NCBI GenBank assembly: GCA_964016885.1
Contig: OZ024742.1
Coordinates: 84,320,001 to 84,384,000 of the forward strand
Length of the DNA stretch: 64,000 nucleotides
Direction of reading: 5' to 3'
From: Eledone cirrhosa
Taxonomy: Eukaryota
Each line of letters starts with the position of its first letter. Within the stretch, counting starts at the first letter, position 1. The notes beneath the pieces were generated by a model. That model made no database searches and had not been told where the DNA came from. It saw nothing but the letters and a program-made list of their open reading frames with translations. A program made the position numbers and the translations under genes. Shown piece after piece: positions 55,437 to 64,000 of this stretch.

Positions 55437-56810
55437 GTATGTATGTATGTATGTATGTATGTATGTATGTATGTATGTATGTATGTATGTATGTATGTAT
55501 GTATGTATGTATGTATGCATGTATGTGTGTATGTATGTATGTATGCATGTATGTGTGTTTTCTCTTTCTCTTAATTTCGAGTATATTTTTTTGACGTGTA
55601 TGTATGTATGTATGTATGTATGTATGTATGTATGTATGTATGTATGTATGTATGTATGCATGTATGTGTGTGTGTGTGCACACGTGTCCATGTGTATTTT
55701 TGTGCATGCGTGTATGTGTCCGTGTGTGCGTTTGTGTGCGTACGTTTGTGTGTGTTTGTGTGCGTACATTAAATCAAATAAAATGGAACAAATTATATAC
55801 TTCAAACTATCTTTCCTAGCTGCAGCTTTTTGTAAGAAACAGTCTCTATTTAGTTTAGCCCCGATGTGGCTATTGGAATAATAATATTTCAACTCAATCA
55901 TAAATCAAATTTACATCTGAATTATTAATATCGTTTCATTTTTTCAGTGGAAAACATAAATCTTGTTTTGAAAATTGTATACAAATTATTATAAATCACT
56001 AAATTCGATATTCTAACATTTATATTTATATATCATTATTTTCGGAAGGAATTATCCAAAAAAGAACAACTCCTCTAGCTATTGGTTCATACGCTAGAAA
56101 CTCATTTGCGGGCCAACTTGATAATGTAAGTATACATTTTTGGACTGAAGACTTCTTAATTATGTGCGGTAAAACGGTTTGTGGTGTTGCACTAATATTT
56201 TCATTTCTTTTATCTGTACGTGTTTTTTTAAAGCAGATACAGGATAGACTTTGCATTGATTAACCGGGAATCTTGTACATATTGAAGTGATCTATGTATT
56301 CCTGTAGAGAATATGAAGAATGATTTTGTAAAGTAATATTCAAATGTGTATCACAACAATCATACTTTTGTAGATCTGAAAACTGCCATTTTTTTTTTAT
56401 TTGTCGTTAAGATGCAATATGTACAATTCATCATTTTTGTAGCTAGAAAACCCTCATTGCATAAAACTAGTTGAATTCACCAGAAATTATCTTAATACTC
56501 TGTAATCAAAAGAGAGTAAAAATGAAGTAGAAATTGATATAATTGAGATATTTGATATAATTGATATGCATTGAGAGATTGAGAGAAATCAGATTGCGCC
56601 TTGATGGTTCTCAATTGCCAAAAAAACAAAACAAAAAAAAAACGTAACTATATAACAACGATTTCTTATTAGCCCGTAAAGGAGGTTGTGTCATTACGTT
56701 AAGCAGAAATATTAGCAGAAACTAATGTATAACATTTGATACCGTAAATGACATGCTAGAGCTTATGTATAAAGTGTATAGATCTTTTCGGAACCATTTC
56801 ATTAATGTTA

Positions 56811-57665
56811 CTAGCTGACGTACCCAGCTTCGCCCGGGTAAACAGATGATAAGAGAAGACAGATAAAAGAGAAAATGACTGTATTGATGTTTGTCTGGTT
56901 ACAGTATCAGGTGAGTCCGTGGTGTCTGTGTGATACAAAAAACAGAGAAAAAAATCTTCCAGATATACCAGATTCTTCGTTGTACGTTTGTGCATAGTAT
57001 ATCAACAATTCTAGGTGCTCCCACCTAGAACAGTGACCTCTAGGAGATGGTTCATATTCTGCCTGACTGTAAAACGTGTATCATTGCATAGACGTGGTTG
57101 TTCCACGTTTCTCAAAAGGATGATGGAAGTTCCAATCTTTTATATTATACGTAGATATAGATATAGATAATTAATATAACAGATGATGCTCAGCCAGTTC
57201 ATCTTCAACCATCGCAGCACGCCGTCGCTGCTTGGCTCCAGTGTTTCGTTGGCGTTGTTCAGCCAGCTCCTTTTCATTCATGGCGACACGTCTTCGCCTC
57301 TGAATTTCGGCGTTTCGATGGCGCTGTTCGGCCCGTTTTTCTTCATTCCTGGCTGCCCGCCGTCGCCGCTGTAGTTCACTGTTTAATAAAGTCGAATTGC
57401 TTATACTTTCTGTGGAACGCTGCACGCACGCACACACACATTAACATACGCGCACGTACATACACACGCACAGATGGTAATAGTTTCAGCGTTCACATTG
57501 CCTCTCTGTTTCTTACTCTCCACTCTCCCTCCCTCATTGGCATTATACATATTAATTTAACTTTGGCGTCGTTGAGATGGGCGGAGTCGTTTGAAACCTA
57601 TGAACCAATGATAATCGAGAATTATGACACACAGAATACTGACATTGTTGAAATTAATATATAGA
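56811..57665 (-). mobile_element. Internally deleted derivative of Helitron 2
   Basis: 5' TCTATATATTAATTT at 57665; 3' CCCGGGCGAAGCTGGG hairpin plus CTAG at 56811; retains part of the 23-aa repeat region. Confidence 0.85.
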
Positions 57666-60600
57666 CTAGCTGACGTACCCAGCTTTGCCCAGGTAAACAG
57701 ATGATAAGAGAAGACAGGTAAAAGAGAAAATTACTGTATTGGATGTTTGTCTGGTTACAGTATGAGGCGAGTCCGTGGTGTCTGTGTGATACAGAAAACA
57801 GTAAAAAAAGATCTTCCAGATATACCATATTCTTCGTTGTACCGTTTGTGCATAGTATATGAACAATTCTAGGTGCTACCACCTAGAATAATGACCTCAA
57901 GGAGATGGCTCATCTTCTGCCTGACTGTAAAACGTGTATCATTGCATAGACGTGGTTGTTCCACGTTTCTCAAAAAGATGATGGAAGTTCCAATCTTTTA
58001 TATAACATGTGGATATAGATATAGATAATTAATATAAAAGATGTCCGTCAATGTAAAAAAGGTCCCTATTTACTTGACATGGTTTATACAAATGCCAAAT
58101 TAATATGGATATGGATAACATGCTTATCTATAAGTGGTCAGCTATAATAATAAAACAACAAATTATATGGCACGACAATTTATTCAGTAATTTCCAGGCT
58201 CTTAGCCACAGTGAATATTGCCCAGAGTTCAACTCGGGGAGGTGGCCTGGTTTTAACTCCAAATGGCGGATCCTTCTACTTCGAAAATAGAATCGTTTTT
58301 CAATATTACTCTAGCCATGGCCGGCCATAGGCACCAAACATTTTGCCAGACTCAGCATATGATGAGGTTTTATTACCACTGCTATCAGAAGCGATAAATT
58401 TGAAGGCAATTTCTACCAATTCTTGTTGGTTTTATTGCTCATTATCGACAATAAATGACATTGAATAGAAATGATAACTCTGTCAAAGTTCACAATACTG
58501 ATCAAAGGACACCAATGTCTGAATCATTTACGTCAAATATTCATAGCAGTGAAGGCAATTTCTACCAATACTTGTTGGTATTTATTGCGCAACATATCAG
58601 TGAAAGCAATTTTTACCAATACTTGTTTGTTTTTATTGCTCATAACGAGATTAAATGACATTGAACATAAATGATAACTCTGTCAAAGCTCACAATACTG
58701 ATCAAAGGACACCAATGTCCGAATCATTTATGTCGCTTATTGATAACATTAAAGATATGCATACATCAGCTCAAAGCTTCATTATAGACAATATTCAGGG
58801 TTGTTCCTCTGTTAGTGGTATCAATTGCAAATGTTATGCCATCAGGATCGCAGACTCGAGATGCAGCAACATACACTTGCCCATGGCTGAATGCTGGATC
58901 ATTCAAGTAGATACCGACACGCTTGAAAGTCTGTCCATGTGCCTTGTTGACAGTCATGGAGAAGGCCAAATTGACGGGAAACTGTCTCCGGGTATTTGAA
59001 ATGAATTCAGATACTCAGTCGGAATATCCATATTGTTCTGCTGATTAGGCTCCATTGCATCCGCACTGACGGTCAACCATTCCTCTCCAGGAAACATTCC
59101 GGCTACTTGTGAATTTATTTCATCGACCGTTGCATTCGTATGAGTTAGAATAACGCGTTCCGATATCCAGGCGATATTCTGCCAAAAAGCATTCCAATTA
59201 GGGAACACCCAGTCAATCAATGCTTGGCGGTCCAGTGGATTCTTACAGTCTGATTATCACCAACGTGTGGCAATTCATCGTTTCCCAACTGCATCAACCA
59301 TCGGCCGTATCACTCAGCCTATTCGTTTTGCCCGAACATACGAAGTCGGATATTATCGTGTAATCGCAAACCTCTGAAATGGCGCCACAACGGGGACTTT
59401 TTCAGACATGCATCGACAATTTGCGCTCTTTGAGCATTCCTAACAATTGGCAGCGCCTGTCTGAAATCGCCACCAAGAACGATAGTCTTACCACCGAATG
59501 GCAGGTCACTACCACATATATCTCTCAAAGATCTGTCCAATGCCTCCAGCAAGTATCTGTGTGCCATTGGAGCCTCGTCCCAAATAATCAGAGACGTATT
59601 GCGTATAAGGCCCGCGAGTTCACTTTGTCCTGTAATGTTACAGACACTCAACTCATCCGGAGCCAATGGAGCCTTGAAGCATGAGTGGAAGGTCCTTCCA
59701 CCACTCAGCAAAGTGGCAGCGATCCCACTGGTTGCCACAGGGAGAGCAATCTTCCTCTAAGCTCTGACTGCCGATAATATAGTGTTGAAACAGAATCTCT
59801 TTCCGGTGCCTCCTGGAGCATCTATGAAAGCACAAAGTTGCTCATTAGTGGAAATCGAGTGGAGAACGCCATCGACCAATTCTCTCTGAGATTGGGTCAA
59901 CATTGGCATACGTTTATCCACAATACGTTGCTGTTCCAGTGGATCAAACTGGAATAGTTCCCTCCGATCGAGTGGCAACCGTCTAAGCTGCAATCTCATG
60001 TTCAATGCTAAGACACGTTGCCGCATTTCTTCATCAGGAATTTGCAAATTGAAATCTCTTAAACATTTGAAATGAACTTCAAGCAGTTGCTCAATATTCA
60101 GCAAAACAATAGCTTTCATCAAACTTTCATCATCGACCTGAAGATGATGCCTAAAATCATCAGCCATAATTCCCCAATGGCGTTCAAATAACTCTCTTGG
60201 ATCGGCAGGTTTGCAGAATTCTAGAATCGTGACCAACAACTGCCTTATTTGAGCTGGCATCTGTGTTGCTCCTGCAGCTACCATGGCATTATTCCATTCA
60301 GCGTCATCCTGAAGGAGTCCTAGATGCTGACACACAGCCTGGCATGTTTCATATTCCACGCCATTGATTGTTTTCAAATCAGCGAAGCTCTTTTTACCTC
60401 TAGAAAAATCATTATGCAACAGAATTCGGAGATAAAACACATCACCAGATGCTGGATGGACATTACAAACCCGTCCAATAGTCATGAATCTCAACTTTTG
60501 TTTTCTATCATTCCATTTCTTTCCCTTCTTATCCCACGTATAGTGCGAAGGGAAATCGCAGTAGAGTTGCCTTTGATCCGGGTTCAAAGCATGTTCTCTA

Positions 60601-63600
60601 TTATGCTTGAACCACTCAGTCAATTCCGTCTTAGGAGATGGTACCTCAGCAATTCTTTCGACACCTCTTCTAGTGTCCTGCAAACAGACCATTTGCATAT
60701 TCTCTAAGTGAACCGTCGATTTCTGAACGCTGGGTTTGCGTTCATTGAGATCAAAATCGAACAATCTCCAGCAAGCTTCGCTAGATCCAATCGAGCGAAC
60801 ATCCTGGAACCTACCAACTTCATCTCCTTGTTTCGCTTCCTCATTCCGACATTGATCATTGCCCGATCATGACCTTTGTAAACATATTTGAATAGATATT
60901 TGCAAGCTTTCACTGAGCTACAAATTTCCACATTAATATAACAACGATATTTCATAATCAAATATGGATTGTATGGCACAACCCATTGATTTGTAACCTA
61001 TCGACCGTTTACATTTTTGACCAAACCGCCATCTGCAGGCGACTGTCTTCTGTATGAGGGATGAGCATCCCCATTGTTCCAGGAAGTGTTCGTGACAAAA
61101 GAGTTCGGAAAGTGCATTGGCCATTTTTCATGCAAGGCGCTTTCCGATTTGTAACTCCGCATTGGCTGTGCACCATTGACGTTACCACCAAGTTGCGTAG
61201 TGCCTCATTCTTCGGCAGTTCAGCACACACAATGCTGCCGACATCCTCAGCACATCTCAATTTGCAATCTCTATGTAAAATGATCAGCAAATGTGCAATC
61301 CTCTTTTTTGGAATTCAATTACGTATGTAAAAGCAACTATACCTCCAAAGATTCCCTCTTTTTCCACATCATCCTTTATCTATTTCAGATATCCTTTGAA
61401 AAAACTCTTGCCACAATATCAGAACGGTCCTTTGGCTGTTGTCCTGGCAAAAGTGCATCCTTAATATCAGTCCATTCAGGATTGCATGTAACCGTTATAA
61501 ACAAATCTGGCTTTCCAAACTTTCTGACAACATCCATTGCATCCTGATAACGAATGTTCTTATATCTCGGGCTGCCGATGAACGACGATGGCAAAATGAT
61601 GCGTCGACCAATTTGCTTGTAATTGGCTTCATCGGCTGTTAACGCATCCTGTATATTATTATACAATTCAGCTCTGATATGTTGCTGATGTGTAGCTATA
61701 TAATTTAGCCTTTGATTTTCGATCTTTGCGAATGCCATACAACATTATTCCTGGAACAATCTGCTGGCTTGAAATAGCGCATTTCTCTGTTGATTCCTCT
61801 CGTTCAAATGGAACGCGTAAAAGTCGCGAATCGAATTATTGTGTCTATTGCCGCCTCCCTGTTTATGCTGATTCTCATGATCATCTAAATGAACAGACAT
61901 GTTCTATCCATTTTCACCTTTTGGGAATAAAAGAACATATTGCAATGGATCGTATGCCCTATTTGACTCATTGATAGTCTTGAGACCACCATCTCTGCGA
62001 TTGAGGACGATATCTCTCGATCCAGGCTTATCGTCCATCAACACAGCAACATCACGAAATCTTTCAGGGGCATTATATCGCCGTTCGTGTTGATTCCTTG
62101 GCACTGCGTCACCCTTAATCACCAATGTTTGCTGCTGAACATTTTGCAGTTCAGCCACCAACATAAAATCCATAACATAAGGATTACACTGTCTAAGCCA
62201 TGATTGCAAATCACGGATCAAATCAGTTAACCTTTGCCGTTCAAATTCAGTTATATTTCCCGGCAACTTCATCCAACCGATATCTGGATCGTTAACGTAA
62301 ATTTGAGCGAATTGAGGCGAATTGAGTAACTTCTAAATTACCGATACAATGATACAAACGGCCTTGAATGACTACATTCGGTTGCCCTGCTCCACTCTCA
62401 AACATCTCACTAATTCTCTGCGGTGCTAAGGTTAATGAATTGTTAATTTGCCGCGAATATTTGCGCAGTAATCTAACTCGGTCTCCTTGATCACCCCACA
62501 TACTTAGTATTTTAAACTCCGGGACTCCTCATCATACGGCTTTCGCAAGGGTTCTAGTTGACCTTTATGACAGCACATTGTGGTCCACGTCTTTTCGTGC
62601 CTCCAAAGCAATTGCTCCACAATGTGGACACTCTGATCGTCCACCAATCTGAAAGTGACACGGTTGCCATGATCCATTTTTAATATCATCCGTTCGCCTT
62701 CTAGCCTCTTTACTGGAATGAGGAGCACTTTGGCGACACATTCTCTGAACTTCTGTATTGCGCTGGCGCTGTTCACCAGCTCCTCTTCATCCATGGCAGC
62801 ACGCCGTTGCTGCTGAATTCCGGCCATCTGCTGATGATGCTCAGCCAGTTTGTCTTCAACCATCGCAGCACGCCGTCGCTGCTTGGCTCTAGTGTTTCGT
62901 TGGCGTTGTTCAGTCATCTCCTCTTCATTAATGGCGGCACGTCTTCGCGTCTGAAGTTCGGCCTTCTGATGGCGCTGTTCGGCCTGTTTTTCTTCATTGC
63001 TGGATGCACGCCGTCGCCGCTGTAGTTCACTGTTTGATAAAGTCGAATTGCTTTTATTATCACTATTCATTTCGAGCAATTGTCAAAAAATAACGCAATA
63101 ATAAATATAAAAGATGTCCGTCAATGTAAAGAAAGGTCCCTATTTACCCCCTTCACAACTCTGTGTATGTTATACTGACATACAGGCACACATACAGATC
63201 AACTGAGTGGCGATTATACGCATGGAAACGCGCATACGCACACACTCACACATGTTGATAGTTTTTATTTTCTGTGGAACGCTGCATGCACGCACACACA
63301 CATAAACATACGCGCACGTACATACACACGCACACATGTTAACAGTTATTGCTTTCCTTCCCCTCTTATTTCTACACACATCACACACACACACGTCTCT
63401 ACACTGACACATATACATAGTGTATAAAAAATGACACAATAATAAATATAAAACATGTCCGTCAATGTAAAGAAAGGTCCCTATTTACTCCCTTCACAAC
63501 TCTGTGTATGTTAGACTGACATACAGGCACACAGACAGATAAACCGCGTGGCGATTGTTGAACGCCACACACATACACGCATGGAAACGCGCACACGAAC

Positions 63601-63891
63601 GCAAACTTACACACGCACACACTCACACATGTTGTAGTTTCTTACTTTCTGTGGAACGCTGCACGCACGCACACACACATAAACATACGCGCACGTACAT
63701 ACACACGCACACATGTTAATAGTTATTGAACACAGCATTCACACTCTCCCCTCTCACTCCCTCATTGGCATTATGCATATTAATTTAAGTTTGGCGTTGT
63801 AGAGTTGGGCGAAATCGTTTGAAACTTATGAACCAATGATAATCGAGAATTATGACACAGAATACTGTCATTGTTCAAATTAATATATAGA
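57666..63891 (-). mobile_element. Helitron 2 (decayed autonomous element)
   Basis: A|TCTATATATTAATTTG 5' end at 63891; hairpin plus CTAG 3' end at 57666; internal duplications at 58400-58730 and 63096-63730. Confidence 0.9.
58766..63079 (-). pseudogene. Helitron RepHel (STPR-like repeats, HUH Rep, PIF1-like helicase), frameshifted
   Basis: FITVTCNPEW, KYLFKYVYKG, DAPGGTGK, ATSGIAA, IIWDEAPM, GDFRQALP, AFSMTVNKAHGQT, FSHGQVYVAASR. Confidence 0.92.
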
Positions 63892-64000
63892 TAAGTTCAT
63901 GACAGTTAAAAGAGTTACTGTAAAAAAGACATTTGGAAATGTGCTGAACAATTCATAACTAGGAAACTTATAATTTCAGTGATGCGGCGTCATAGAAGGA

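Noticed and set aside
55948-55995. Acceptor-like TTTTTTCAG as candidate final exon of the Pif-like gene
   Set aside because: The phase-1 reading gives a short peptide without the expected LamG C-terminal G.F.G.ID motif.
58400-58730. Repeated blocks suggestive of a CRISPR-like array
   Set aside because: Eukaryotic context and no unique spacers; simple internal duplications within Helitron 2.

Overview
This is AT-rich eukaryotic DNA dominated by microsatellites and transposable elements. The SINE, Helitron and Penelope content and the host gene suggest a mollusc, probably a coleoid cephalopod (Octopus-like); this is inference. One host gene can be assembled by hand on the + strand from four phase-compatible coding exons (20992-21049, 43269-43427, 47493-47851, 52521-52611). 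It encodes a signal peptide, a chitin-binding-like module and a laminin-G-like domain (Pif/BMSP/LamG3-like shell-matrix family); its last exon was not found in the window. Introns and flanks hold two decayed Rep/helicase Helitrons plus derivatives, L1/Tx1, RTE, CR1-like and CRE-like LINE fragments, and many tRNA-derived SINEs. The most striking unannotated layer is a set of at least seven sequence-unrelated, Penelope-like short elements in (TA)n tracts. Several are long fold-back palindromes with a short unpaired tail. They carry minimal type I hammerhead ribozyme motifs with palindromic helix III, including U3-A8 and GCAA core variants. Most six-frame ORFs are microsatellite artefacts.
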